A model generated the notes under the pieces. The model did not search any database. It was not told the DNA's origin and saw only the letters and a list, made by a program, of their open reading frames with translations. A stretch of DNA of 64,000 nucleotides from positions 3,328,001-3,392,000 of the forward strand of contig OZ243961.1 in NCBI GenBank assembly GCA_965214605.1, given 5' to 3'. Below, in pieces: positions 29,936 to 39,857 of this stretch. The stretch is from an uncultured Candidatus Binatia bacterium (lineage in GTDB: Bacteria; Desulfobacterota; Binatia; Bin18). Position numbers and translations under genes: made by a program. Position 1 is the stretch's first letter. The number at the start of each line of letters is the position of its first letter.

Positions 29936-30547
29936 ATGATTTTGACCCGCAGACAGAGAGAGATTTGGGAATATCTGGGCACCTACACCGCCACCTATGG
30001 CTACGCGCCCACCCTCGAAGAGATCGGAGCTCATTTTGGGCTGTCTTCGCTGGCCACCGTTCATAAACATCTCAGTAACCTTGAGCGCAAAGGGGTTATT
30101 ACCCGCAAGTGGAATCTCAGTCGGGCGATTGAATTGACGCCGCCCCAAAAAACGGCTCAGGCGTTAGAGCTGCCCTTGCTCGGTCAGGTCGCGGCCGGAC
30201 TGCCGATTGAAGCGGTTGAAATTCAGGACGTGTTGTCCGTTCCGGTTGACCTGCTCCGGAGACCCCACGAATCCTTCGCCCTGCAGGTCAAAGGCCGCTC
30301 CATGGTTGACGAGGGCATCTTGGACGGAGATTTCATCGTTGTTGAGAAGCGACCCAACGCCGATAATGGGGAAACCGTTGTCGCTCTGATTCATGGGGAC
30401 GCTACGGTCAAAAAGTTCTACCGTGAACCGGGCGGCCGCGTTCGCCTCCAACCCGCCAATCCCGAGGTGGAGCCGATTATGGTTGACGAAACCGAGGTCG
30501 AAATCCGAGGCGTGGTCAGCGCGGTGGTGCGAAAATATAGGAAGTAA
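29936..30547 (+). CDS. lexA: SOS repressor LexA
   Basis: LTRRQ, GYAPT, HTH GLSSLATVHKHL, VAAG cleavage site, GRSM (Ser) and TVKK (Lys). Confidence 0.97.
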   Translation: MILTRRQREIWEYLGTYTATYGYAPTLEEIGAHFGLSSLATVHKHLSNLERKGVITRKWNLSRAIELTPPQKTAQALELPLLGQVAAGLPIEAVEIQDVLSVPVDLLRRPHESFALQVKGRSMVDEGILDGDFIVVEKRPNADNGETVVALIHGDATVKKFYREPGGRVRLQPANPEVEPIMVDETEVEIRGVVSAVVRKYRK

Positions 30548-30574
30548 AAGATTGTTCGCTCCGACCCATCTGCC

Positions 30575-31720
30575 ATGGCTTTCTCCCTGTACATCCACAT
30601 TCCCTACTGTCTGGTGAAATGCCCCTACTGCGATTTTAATGCCTACGGGGGGCGAAGCTGGCCGGAAGAGCGCTATGTTGACGCGCTGTGCACTGAACTC
30701 CGCCACGCGGTCGAGCAGCCGGTCTGGCGGGCCGAGCAGGTTGAGACGATTTACTTTGGCGGCGGTACGCCCTCGCTTTTTGCGCCCGCCTCAATTGAGC
30801 GTTTTCTGCGCATGGTGGCTCGGCTGTGCCCCCTTGCCACCGAACCTGAAATCAGTCTGGAAGCGGACCCGGCTTCGGTTAGCCAAGACACACTCGACGG
30901 CTTTGGGGCTGGAGAGGTCAACCGGCTGAGCTTTGGCGTCCAATCTTTCCAGCCCGCGGTGCTGAAAACGCTGGGCCGCTTACACAGCCGGCACGACGCC
31001 CACCGGGCCATCAGCTGGGCCCGTCAGGCCGGCTTTACTAATCTGAGTCTTGATCTCATGTTTGGCATACCGGGGCAGACCCTGCCCTTATTAGAGGCCG
31101 ACCTCGCGCAGGCGCTCGCCTACCAGCCTGAGCATATCTCAATCTATAATCTGAGCTACGAAGAGGGCACCCCGTTTTTTTTGTGGCGGCAAACCGGCCG
31201 TTTGCGCCCGATCGACGAAGAGCTGGAAGTGGCCATGTTTGAGCTGATTCAAGACTCCTGCCTGAGTCATGGCTACGCCCAGTACGAAATCTCAAACTTT
31301 GCTCGTCCAGGCTTTGCCTCCCAACACAACCGTCGCTACTGGACAGGCCAGAATTATCTTGGCCTCGGGGCCGGGGCACATTCTTTTTGCCGTGAACCGG
31401 GCTGGGGAAGGCGCTGGAGTAACGAGACCAGCCCCCGCGCCTATATGGCCAAGGTCATCTCGGGCGGAGACGCGCGGTGCTTTGAAGAGGCACTGAATCA
31501 AGACCAGGCGAAGGCTGAGTTCATGTTTCTCAGCCTTCGCCAGCTCGACGGCTTTGCGCCCGAGGCGTTTGCCGCTCGGTTTGGGGTGAGTCTAGAAGTG
31601 GCCTTCCCACAGGTGAACGATCTGATTGGTGCGGGTGTGCTGCAGCAAGAAGCCGGGCGGGTGAAGCTTTCCCGACGGGGGCAGCTGATTGCCGATACGG
31701 TTTTTGCGGCTTTTGTGTAG
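30575..31720 (+). CDS. hemW: Radical SAM heme chaperone HemW
   Basis: YIHIPYCLVKCPYCDFN, YFGGGTPS, YEISNFA and HNRRYW. Confidence 0.92.
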   Translation: MAFSLYIHIPYCLVKCPYCDFNAYGGRSWPEERYVDALCTELRHAVEQPVWRAEQVETIYFGGGTPSLFAPASIERFLRMVARLCPLATEPEISLEADPASVSQDTLDGFGAGEVNRLSFGVQSFQPAVLKTLGRLHSRHDAHRAISWARQAGFTNLSLDLMFGIPGQTLPLLEADLAQALAYQPEHISIYNLSYEEGTPFFLWRQTGRLRPIDEELEVAMFELIQDSCLSHGYAQYEISNFARPGFASQHNRRYWTGQNYLGLGAGAHSFCREPGWGRRWSNETSPRAYMAKVISGGDARCFEEALNQDQAKAEFMFLSLRQLDGFAPEAFAARFGVSLEVAFPQVNDLIGAGVLQQEAGRVKLSRRGQLIADTVFAAFV

Positions 31721-31745
31721 GGGGCAAGAGGAGGCGTGCTGCACG

Positions 31746-32261
31746 TTACGGATGGGAAAAGTACTCGTACAACACCTGCATATACGGTCCGCACGCGCGT
31801 CGGGCTTTGACAAAGTCACGTGCCTCTTCGAGCCTCAGGCTGTGATGGGCGTGTAGATAGGCGATAGCCAGCGTCGGGGCCCGATTACAGCCCGCATTGC
31901 AGTGCACGAAAACCGTCCTGCCAGCTTGGACAAAGCTGTGGAGTGCGCTCAGGGCTTGGGGGAGGCTGGCGGCCAAGCTCTGACAGTTGAAGTCAGCGAC
32001 CGGCACCCGAGAGAAGGTGATCTGGTGCTGACCATAGGTCGAGTCCAGAGCGGGCAGACTGAGATGGTTGAGCGTGAGATCCTCGTCGTCCTGGAGGCTT
32101 AAGACTGCGGCGATTCCGAATTCTTGCTGCAACCAGGCGATGTCTTCAACCCGGGGGTATTCACCAACATACAGGGCGGGAAGAATCTCGCACACCTCGG
32201 GCCGTCGGTCACGGGTCGGGACGCTCTCAACAGGCAAAAAAGGGTCGTAAAAATCAGCCAT
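31746..32261 (-). CDS. Dual-specificity protein phosphatase family
   Basis: VHCNAGCNRAP (HCX5R). Confidence 0.9.
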   Translation of the reverse strand: MADFYDPFLPVESVPTRDRRPEVCEILPALYVGEYPRVEDIAWLQQEFGIAAVLSLQDDEDLTLNHLSLPALDSTYGQHQITFSRVPVADFNCQSLAASLPQALSALHSFVQAGRTVFVHCNAGCNRAPTLAIAYLHAHHSLRLEEARDFVKARRACGPYMQVLYEYFSHP

Positions 32262-32407
32262 AGCGGCAAGCTAGAGGAGCGCGCCGGGTGGGTCAAGACC
32301 GCCCCGGGTGGTCCCTCAGCCAAGAGGCTTGCCAGAACCAGGGTATTTCCGCTAGGTAATAGGAAGATAAGACGGTCTAACGATTCCCGGAAAAGGAGGA
32401 TCCCAAC

Positions 32408-32782
32408 ATGAGTGCAGACAACGAAAAATTGGTCACTGATTTCTGTCAGGCGTGGTCAAAGAAGAACACCGACGAGGTGCTGGACTACCTCACGGAAGAC
32501 TGCTTTTACCACAATATCCCGATGGAGCCGTGTATCGGCTACGACGCTATTCGCAAGTTTGTCGAACCCTTCCTGGGTGGTGCAGACAGGGTGCAGTTTG
32601 ATATCCTCCACACCACCTCGACCGGCAATGTGGTCATGAATGAACGGGTTGATCACTTTGTCATGGGTGAGAAAAAGCTCTCTCTGCCTGTTGCCGGTGT
32701 GTTTGAAATCCAAAATGGCAAGATTGCGTCTTGGCGCGATTACTTCGACCTCGAGACATTCAACACGCAGATGAACGGGTAA
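32408..32782 (+). CDS. Limonene-1,2-epoxide hydrolase family (NTF2-like)
   Basis: YHNIP, NERVD and WRDYFD. Confidence 0.9.
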   Translation: MSADNEKLVTDFCQAWSKKNTDEVLDYLTEDCFYHNIPMEPCIGYDAIRKFVEPFLGGADRVQFDILHTTSTGNVVMNERVDHFVMGEKKLSLPVAGVFEIQNGKIASWRDYFDLETFNTQMNG

Positions 32783-32837
32783 GCGGGCCTGCCGTCGTCG
32801 CCCCCGAACGTTCCTGCAGAGAGAGAAAGGCCGGTAT

Positions 32838-33971
32838 ATGGAGAAATTTGTTCCTGGGCTTGAAGGTGTGCCCATTATGGAGTCGCAGGTTGGTTTTATC
32901 AACGGCCAGGAAGGCATCCTCGAATACCGCGGTATTCCGATTGAGGAACTGGCGGAGAAAAGCTCCTACGAAGAAGTGGCGTATTTGTTATTGTGGGGAA
33001 AGCTGCCCACGCGCCAAGAGTTGGATAAATTCGATCAGGATCTACGCACCCACCGTCGGATCAAATATCGGGTCATCGACGTGCTCAAATCGTTTCCAGA
33101 AAATGGTCATCCTATGGACGCCTTGCAATCGGTGGTGGCGGCCTTGGGCATGTTCTATCCGGCAAAAGACGTGGCCGACCAGGAACAGAACTACTGGTCA
33201 ATTGTGCGCCTGATCGCCAAGATGCCGACGATCGTGGCCGCCTTTGAGCGTATGCGCCACGGTGACGAACCGGTCAAACCGCGGGATGACCTGTCCCATG
33301 CGGCCAATTTTCTGTGGATGTTGAACGAAAAAGAGCCTGACCCGTTGGAAGCGCACATCATGGATGTGTGTCTGATTTTACACGCCGAGCACACGATGAA
33401 CGCGTCGACCTTTAGTGGGTTGGTGGTTGGCTCGACCCTGGCCGATCCGTATACCATGGTGTCCTCGGCGATTGGGGCGCTGACTGGCCCTCTGCACGGC
33501 GGAGCAAATGAGCAGGCGCTGCGCATGTTTCGTGAAATAGAAACGATTGACAAGGTGCGTCCCTATATAGAGGCTAAGCTCAAAGCCAAGGCCAAGATCA
33601 TGGGCGTTGGGCACCGTGTGTACAAAGTCAAAGACCCGCGTGCGTATGCCTTGCAGAGCTTAGCCAATAACCTGTTTGAGCAAAAGGGCGAGCATCCTCT
33701 GTATAAAGTCGCCCAAGAAGTGGAAACCGTCATTGGCGAGCACGTCGGTCGGAAAGGCATCGCCTCAAACGTCGATTTTTATTCTGGGGTGGTCTACGAT
33801 AAGCTTGGTATCCCGATCGACCAGTTCACTCCCATCTTTGCCATTGCGCGGGTGGCGGGCTGGCTGGCGCACTGGGTCGAGCAACTGCCGAACAACCGGA
33901 TTTTCCGGCCTACTCAGGTCTACACCGGCGACCACAACGCCCCCTATGTGCAGGCTGAGCAGCGTACCTAG
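32838..33971 (+). CDS. gltA: Citrate synthase (short, Gram-positive/archaeal-type)
   Basis: PGLEGV, HAEHTMNAST, GPLHGGANE, GVGHRVYK..DPR and NVDFYSG. Confidence 0.93.
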   Translation: MEKFVPGLEGVPIMESQVGFINGQEGILEYRGIPIEELAEKSSYEEVAYLLLWGKLPTRQELDKFDQDLRTHRRIKYRVIDVLKSFPENGHPMDALQSVVAALGMFYPAKDVADQEQNYWSIVRLIAKMPTIVAAFERMRHGDEPVKPRDDLSHAANFLWMLNEKEPDPLEAHIMDVCLILHAEHTMNASTFSGLVVGSTLADPYTMVSSAIGALTGPLHGGANEQALRMFREIETIDKVRPYIEAKLKAKAKIMGVGHRVYKVKDPRAYALQSLANNLFEQKGEHPLYKVAQEVETVIGEHVGRKGIASNVDFYSGVVYDKLGIPIDQFTPIFAIARVAGWLAHWVEQLPNNRIFRPTQVYTGDHNAPYVQAEQRT

Positions 33972-34020
33972 CAGATCCCGGGCGTGAGAGGGATTCTCCC
34001 CCCCCTTCCGCCCACTTGGT

Positions 34021-34992
34021 CTATCCTCTGCCCGACACCTCTGGATTGGCACAATTCAGAGGTGCTTGTCCGTGCCGGATCCGATTTACATTCTCGGCCA
34101 CTTTCTTCCCAATGCCCCCCAGGCTCAGATCTGTGGCACCGCCAAAGTGCGGGGTGGCAATCACGTTATAGGAAAAGAGAGGGTCGGTCGGGTCAAACGG
34201 CTCTTGCCAAAACACATCAAGGCCGGCACCGCCAATCCGCTTTTCTTTGAGGGCGGCTAAAAAGGCGTCATAATCCAGGACCGGGCCACGCGCGACATTG
34301 ATGATAAACGCGCTGGGCTTCATACGGGCGAACTCGGCGGCTCCGATCAGACCGCGTGTTTCGTCGTTCAGAGGTGGCGAGATAATGACAAAATCGGCCT
34401 GGCCAAGGACCTCGTGTAGGTCATCGAGCTTGCCGTGAAAATTGACCGAGATGGCGTTTTCTTCAGGCGTGCCTTTGGGACCGTGTTTGGAGATGGCCAG
34501 GATTTTGTCCATTTCAAAACCGGCCAAACGGCGCGCAACTTCGCGGCCAATACCTCCATACCCGATAATCGCCGCCGTGCGGCCCTTGAGGGTACGGCCC
34601 ATGGGAGTGCCGAGCTTTTTCTGGGCGATGCTCTCCGTGGCCTGGGGATATTGGCGAGCTAGGGCGAGCATAAAAAACAGACTCAGTTCGGCGACCGATT
34701 CGGCATTCCCGGTGCCTGCGCTAGGCACATTGGCGACGTACACCCCGGCCTGGGTCGCGGCCGGAATATCGACCGAATCAAGCCCGGCTCCGTACTGTTG
34801 GACGAGTTTGAGACTCGGCGAGGTAAACGCTGCCGGGCCAATTTCTGAAACCGTCGGAATGAGCACATCGGCCTGCTGAGCTACCTCAGCGACCTGTTCG
34901 GGCAGGCACTCCAAAACCTCGTCGTCCGGCAGCTCTTTTTGCAGGATGTTCCTGATGTAGGCTAATCCCTTACGGCAAAAGTAAAGACGCAT
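34021..34992 (-). CDS. D-isomer-specific 2-hydroxyacid dehydrogenase
   Basis: GYGGIG, INVARG, GLDVFWQEP and TPHFGG. Confidence 0.92.
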   Translation of the reverse strand: MRLYFCRKGLAYIRNILQKELPDDEVLECLPEQVAEVAQQADVLIPTVSEIGPAAFTSPSLKLVQQYGAGLDSVDIPAATQAGVYVANVPSAGTGNAESVAELSLFFMLALARQYPQATESIAQKKLGTPMGRTLKGRTAAIIGYGGIGREVARRLAGFEMDKILAISKHGPKGTPEENAISVNFHGKLDDLHEVLGQADFVIISPPLNDETRGLIGAAEFARMKPSAFIINVARGPVLDYDAFLAALKEKRIGGAGLDVFWQEPFDPTDPLFSYNVIATPHFGGATDLSLGGIGKKVAENVNRIRHGQAPLNCANPEVSGRG

Positions 34993-35080
34993 GGCTGTTT
35001 TTCCCTTGATCGTTATGGGTGTCTGGCAGATAATAGGCCGCTCACCGCTTCTGGCCTCGAAGACTGAAGGAGGGATCACT

Positions 35081-35869
35081 ATGGATTACAGTCGTTATCA
35101 TTATCTGAGCGCCGAACGCAAGGACAGCATTCTGACCCTGGCTTTTAATCGGCCGGACTCCCTAAATGCCATTAACGCTGAGCTGCATACCGAACTCTCG
35201 CACATCTTTGCCGATATCGCCCACGATCAAGAGACCGAGGTGGTGATCCTGACCGGTAAGGGCCGGGCCTTTTGTGCGGGCGGAGATATCAAGTGGTTTC
35301 AGGACATGACCGGGCCGCAGCTTGATGCCCTGTTCTCGGAGGCGCGCAAGATTATTATCGATATGTTAGAGGTCGAGCAACCAATTATTGCCGCGATCAA
35401 CGGCCCGGCAACCGGCTTAGGAGCGACCTTGGCCCTGTTTTGTGATGTGATTTACGCCGCCCAAAACGCCAGGATTGGTGACCCACACGTGCGGGTCGGG
35501 GTCGTTGCTGGTGACGGCGGGGCAATTATCTGGCCGTGGCTGGTCGGCGCGGCCCGGGCCAAGGAATTTCTGATGACCGGCGACCTGGTGACCGCCCAAG
35601 AGGCCGAACGCATCGGGCTGGTGAACTACGTGGTGCCCAATGAGGAACTGATGGAGCGGGCGACCGCGTTTGCCACTCGCTTGGCCAACGGCCCCACCAA
35701 AGCGATTCGCTGGACCAAGGTGTCGGTGAATAAGATTTTGCGCGATACGGCTAATTTAGTTCTGGATACGTCTCTGGCTTTGGAGAAACACTGCTTCCAT
35801 ACCGAAGATCATAAGGAGGCCATTCGCTCCTTTGTGGAAAAACGAGAGCCCAAATTCACCGGCAATTAA
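35081..35869 (+). CDS. Enoyl-CoA hydratase/isomerase (crotonase superfamily)
   Basis: AFCAGGD, AAINGPATGLG and DPHVRVG. RBS AAGGAGG. Confidence 0.92.
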   Translation: MDYSRYHYLSAERKDSILTLAFNRPDSLNAINAELHTELSHIFADIAHDQETEVVILTGKGRAFCAGGDIKWFQDMTGPQLDALFSEARKIIIDMLEVEQPIIAAINGPATGLGATLALFCDVIYAAQNARIGDPHVRVGVVAGDGGAIIWPWLVGAARAKEFLMTGDLVTAQEAERIGLVNYVVPNEELMERATAFATRLANGPTKAIRWTKVSVNKILRDTANLVLDTSLALEKHCFHTEDHKEAIRSFVEKREPKFTGN

Positions 35870-35879
35870 GGAGACCCTG

Positions 35880-36704
35880 ATGAGCGATACCCCCAACCCG
35901 CTCGGTCGCCTGCTTGATTTCTCGGGTAAAACCGCGCTGGTGGCCGGCGTCCTAGATGAACACTCGATTGGCTGGCCAATCGCCAAACTGCTCAACGACG
36001 GCGGGGCACGGGTCGCCCTATCGATTCAGCGCAAAGCCGTCCGCCGCATGCTGGGCACAATCCCGGAGCAACTCAACAATCCACTCATCCTTGAATGCGA
36101 CGTGAGCAAAGATGAGCAGATTGAGCGGTTGTTTGGCGAGCTGGGCCAAGAGTTTGGTCAGCTCGATTTTCTCATTCACTCCGTTGCCTACGCCCCGCCG
36201 CAGTCTTTTCAGCGACGTTTTATGCAGATTGGACGGGCCGACTTTCAGCTGGCTATGGACATCAGCGCCTACTCGCTGATTGCGCTGGCCCACGGCGCGT
36301 TTCCGTTGATGAAGGACCGCGGCGGCTGCGTTCTGGCCATGACCTATTATGCCGGCGAGAAGGTCATCCCCGGCTACCAGCTGATGAGTATTACCAAGGC
36401 GGCGCTGGATAATATCATCAGGAATCTGGCCTACGACCTAGCCCCCCACCGTATCCGGGTCAATGGTCTGTCGCCCGGCCCGACTGCCACCAAGGCCGGG
36501 ACGAGCATCCCCGGCTTTGCCATCATGCAGGACCATATGAAGCGCTTTGCGCCCCTCCAGACCGAGATTCTGAACTCTGACACGGGCAAGGCGGCGTTGT
36601 TTCTCTGTAGTCCTTTGGCCGAGAAGATTACCGGAGAAATTGTCCACGTTGACAGCGGCTATAATATTCTGGGCATGTCGGTTGAGCGGCCGCCCGCAGA
36701 GTGA
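35880..36704 (+). CDS. fabI: Enoyl-ACP reductase FabI-like
   Basis: SIGWPIA, HSVAYAP, DISAYSL, YxxMxxxK and ITGEIVHVDSG. Divergent, possibly a paralog. Confidence 0.8.
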   Translation: MSDTPNPLGRLLDFSGKTALVAGVLDEHSIGWPIAKLLNDGGARVALSIQRKAVRRMLGTIPEQLNNPLILECDVSKDEQIERLFGELGQEFGQLDFLIHSVAYAPPQSFQRRFMQIGRADFQLAMDISAYSLIALAHGAFPLMKDRGGCVLAMTYYAGEKVIPGYQLMSITKAALDNIIRNLAYDLAPHRIRVNGLSPGPTATKAGTSIPGFAIMQDHMKRFAPLQTEILNSDTGKAALFLCSPLAEKITGEIVHVDSGYNILGMSVERPPAE

Positions 36705-36762
36705 GGGGGAGGGGTAGGCCGACATACTACGAAAGAGGCTCGACAACGTGGACCACATCACA

Positions 36763-37842
36763 CTAGGTCTTGCTTCCTATGACCTCACGGATATCTTGTA
36801 TGCCTTTTCTGCTGATGATTCGGCTGAGCCCCTGAGTAATACGCCGAGGCAGCGACGGCCCCTCATAGATCAAGCCCGTGTAGACCTGGACGAGTGAGGC
36901 CCCGGCACAGATGCGTTCATAGGCGTCTGCGGCGGAGAAGATGCCGCCGACACCGATCAAGGGTAGCTTGCCTTCAACGGCTTGAAACAGGGTACGCAGG
37001 ACCTCGGTTGCCCGTTTGGCCAAGGGCCGGCCGCTCAGGCCGCCGACTTCGTTGAGTGGGCCGTGTAGGTCTGGTCGGGCAAGGGTGGTATTGGTGGCGA
37101 TCAGTCCGGCGAGGCCAAGGTCAAGCGCTAGGCTGGCGATTTCGTGAATGGCCGCATCGCTTAGGTCGGGCGCAATCTTGACCAGGAGCGGTTTTGGATT
37201 GGTGTGGGTCTGACGGGCGAAGTGAGCGGTCTGCTTGAGCAGGGCTTCTAGCAGGCTTCCAAGGCGTTCAATCTGCTGGAGTTTGCGCAGCTCGGGAGTG
37301 TTGGGGGAGCTGACGTTTACCACGAGGTAATCGGCAAAGGGCAGGAGTTGGGCGTGGCTGTCTAGGTAGTCGTCGGTCGCGGCGTCAAGGGGCACGGCTT
37401 TGGACTTGCCGATATTGATGCCGAGGGGGATGGGGCTTGGCCGGTCGGTGAGCAGGTGCTCTAGATGCCGAGCTGCCGCGGTTGCCCCGTCGTTGTTGAA
37501 GCCGAAGCGATTGATGCAGGCGCGGTCTTTGGTCAGACGAAAGAGGCGCGGCCTGGGGTTGCCTGGCTGGGCCTGGGCGGTTAGTGTTCCGAGCTCGGCA
37601 AAGCCGAAGCCCAGGGCCGACCAGACCAGAGGGACAGCAGCGTTTTTATCATAGCCGGCGGCCAGTCCGACCGGATTGGGGAAATGTTGGTTCCAGAGTT
37701 GCTGGCTGAGGCGGGGAGCGCTTAGCGGTGCTGGTTTGAGCCGAGCGGCTTGCAGCAGCCAGAGGGCGTTAAGGGCGAGGTCGTGGGCACGTTCCGGGTC
37801 AAGGGAGAAGAGAAGGGGGCGGAGGAGGGGATAGAGTGACAA
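36763..37842 (-). CDS. pyrD: Dihydroorotate dehydrogenase (quinone), class 2
   Basis: NPVGLAAGYDKN, GNPRPRLFRL, NVSSPNT, KIAPDL and GGLSG. Confidence 0.96.
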   Translation of the reverse strand: MSLYPLLRPLLFSLDPERAHDLALNALWLLQAARLKPAPLSAPRLSQQLWNQHFPNPVGLAAGYDKNAAVPLVWSALGFGFAELGTLTAQAQPGNPRPRLFRLTKDRACINRFGFNNDGATAAARHLEHLLTDRPSPIPLGINIGKSKAVPLDAATDDYLDSHAQLLPFADYLVVNVSSPNTPELRKLQQIERLGSLLEALLKQTAHFARQTHTNPKPLLVKIAPDLSDAAIHEIASLALDLGLAGLIATNTTLARPDLHGPLNEVGGLSGRPLAKRATEVLRTLFQAVEGKLPLIGVGGIFSAADAYERICAGASLVQVYTGLIYEGPSLPRRITQGLSRIISRKGIQDIREVIGSKT

Positions 37843-37932
37843 AGCCCTGACGAAGGAGAGCGCAGAGACGCGGCTCAGAGTGAGAGAGGATGGGAAGGGG
37901 CGGGGGCTCCTTCCCGCTCTGTGTGAGTGCGG

Positions 37933-39036
37933 CTATCCCAGGCCGTACAGGCCAGCGCAGTTGGATGAGATCATCTTCTCGACCTCATCCTCAGGGACCC
38001 CGGCAAAGTCACGCGCGATCACCTCTTGCGATTTTGGCCAGGTCGAATCAGAGTGCGGAAAATCCGAGGCCCACATCAGGTTTTCGACCCCTACAAACTC
38101 ACGGGTCAGTACTCCAATCCGGTCATCCTGAAAGGTGGCGTATACCTGGCGCTTGAAGTAGAAGCTGGGCGGCTGGGGAATGACTACGTCCTTCTCCAGG
38201 TACTGATACTTCTCATAGGCGTGATCCATGCGCTGGAGATAATGACCGATCCAGCCAATATCATTTTCCGCGGAGATAACCCTCAGGTTGGGAAAACGCT
38301 CCAGCACCCCGCCAAAGATCATATCGCTCAAAGACCGCTCTAGGGCGTGGGGCAGACACGGGTAGCTCTTCATCACGCTATCCCCGATACCACTGCCTTT
38401 TCGACCGGTCAGAATATGCAGGGCCAGCGGTAGTCCGGCGTCCTGCGCCGCGGCCCACAGAGGATTCCAGACCGGATTATCGTAGGGCCGATCTTCGGGT
38501 GGGATGCCCCAGATCAAGCCCCCTCTGAGACCTAGCTTGGCGCTCCGCTCGACTTCGCGCACGGCTTCCTGCACGTCATCCATCGGAATCAGCGCGATTC
38601 CGGCAAAACGGCTTGTGTCGTAGCTACAGAACTCGGCCAGCCAGTCATTATAGGCCCGGAAGCTGGCCGCCCGGAGCCCGCCATCCTCAATGCCGTACAG
38701 CATCATGCCTAGGCTGGTATACAACACTTCGCCGGCCACACCATCAATATCCTGGTCCTTGACCCGTTGCGCGGGGTCCCAGGCGCCGGGCCGAACTCCG
38801 GTATAGCCCTTGTTCATCTCATTTGAGTAGGCTTTGGGATCAACCCCGGCAACGGCAAAGGCAGACACCGAAAAGGGCTGGAGCCCCTCGCATACAAAGA
38901 AATCGCCCTTAATCCCGTTGGCTTCCTTGATGATATGCGGTGCTCGGTTACGAAAGCGGGCATCTATACGTGATGTCCACACGTCCGCAGGTTCAACGAC
39001 GTGGGAATCGGCGGAAAAGATTCTTGCTGCGCTCAT
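37933..39036 (-). CDS. Amidohydrolase family 2 protein
   Basis: SADSHVVEP, AYNDWLAEFC, LALH and WASDFPH. Confidence 0.92.
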   Translation of the reverse strand: MSAARIFSADSHVVEPADVWTSRIDARFRNRAPHIIKEANGIKGDFFVCEGLQPFSVSAFAVAGVDPKAYSNEMNKGYTGVRPGAWDPAQRVKDQDIDGVAGEVLYTSLGMMLYGIEDGGLRAASFRAYNDWLAEFCSYDTSRFAGIALIPMDDVQEAVREVERSAKLGLRGGLIWGIPPEDRPYDNPVWNPLWAAAQDAGLPLALHILTGRKGSGIGDSVMKSYPCLPHALERSLSDMIFGGVLERFPNLRVISAENDIGWIGHYLQRMDHAYEKYQYLEKDVVIPQPPSFYFKRQVYATFQDDRIGVLTREFVGVENLMWASDFPHSDSTWPKSQEVIARDFAGVPEDEVEKMISSNCAGLYGLG

Positions 39037-39157
39037 GTTTCCTCCTCGTATCCTTACGTGGTGTCTTCATACTCGCTCTAGCCCCGCTGCTGGGGGAGGG
39101 GGCAGGCTTGGTATTGTACGCTGATCTCTGCTGAATATACAGACGATCATCATTGTC

Positions 39158-39844
39158 TCAGTCTTTCAACTGGGCTAATGCCTGGAAGGCGGCCGCCTGG
39201 TGGGCACTTTTTTTGCTCGGTCCTTCGCCCCGCCCATAGGCTTTTCCGGCAATTGTGACCTGACTGACAAAGCGCTTTTGATGGTCGGGGCCTCTGACCT
39301 CAACTACCTCGTAGGTCGGGGTCTGCTTAAAAATCTTCTGGGTCAGCTCTTGTAAATGGGTCTTGCTGTCAAATTGGCTGACCGCGGGTTTGTGTTCAAG
39401 GTCTGGAGCGAAATGGTTCTCCACTAGCCGCAGTGCCGGACCAAAGCCGCCATCAAGATAGACCGCCCCTAGGACAGCCTCATACGCGCAGGCCAGAATA
39501 GAACCTTTCTGTCGACCGCCGCTGCGCTCTTCGCCCCAGCCCAAACGCAGCCAGCGGCCTACTGCTAGGGCCTCGGCTTTGTGGCCCAACACCTGGGCGT
39601 TGACCAACGCAGCGCGCATTTTTGACAGCTCACCCTCGCGTGATTTGGGAAAGCGCTTGAGGAGCAGATCGCTGATCGCCATATCGAGAACCGCATCACC
39701 TAGAAACTCGAGTTTTTCGTTGGTTTCCTCTCCGGGTTTGAGGGGAAAGGAGCAGTGCGTCAGGGCCAGGGTCAGCAACTCCTGGCGGCGGAAGTGATAG
39801 CCGAAGGAGGTCTCGAACTCAGCGTATGAGGGGTGGCTAGGCAT
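39158..39844 (-). CDS. rnc: Ribonuclease III
   Basis: NEKLEFLGDAVL signature plus C-terminal dsRBD. Confidence 0.97.
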   Translation of the reverse strand: MPSHPSYAEFETSFGYHFRRQELLTLALTHCSFPLKPGEETNEKLEFLGDAVLDMAISDLLLKRFPKSREGELSKMRAALVNAQVLGHKAEALAVGRWLRLGWGEERSGGRQKGSILACAYEAVLGAVYLDGGFGPALRLVENHFAPDLEHKPAVSQFDSKTHLQELTQKIFKQTPTYEVVEVRGPDHQKRFVSQVTIAGKAYGRGEGPSKKSAHQAAAFQALAQLKD

Positions 39845-39857
39845 AGGACCTTGGGCG

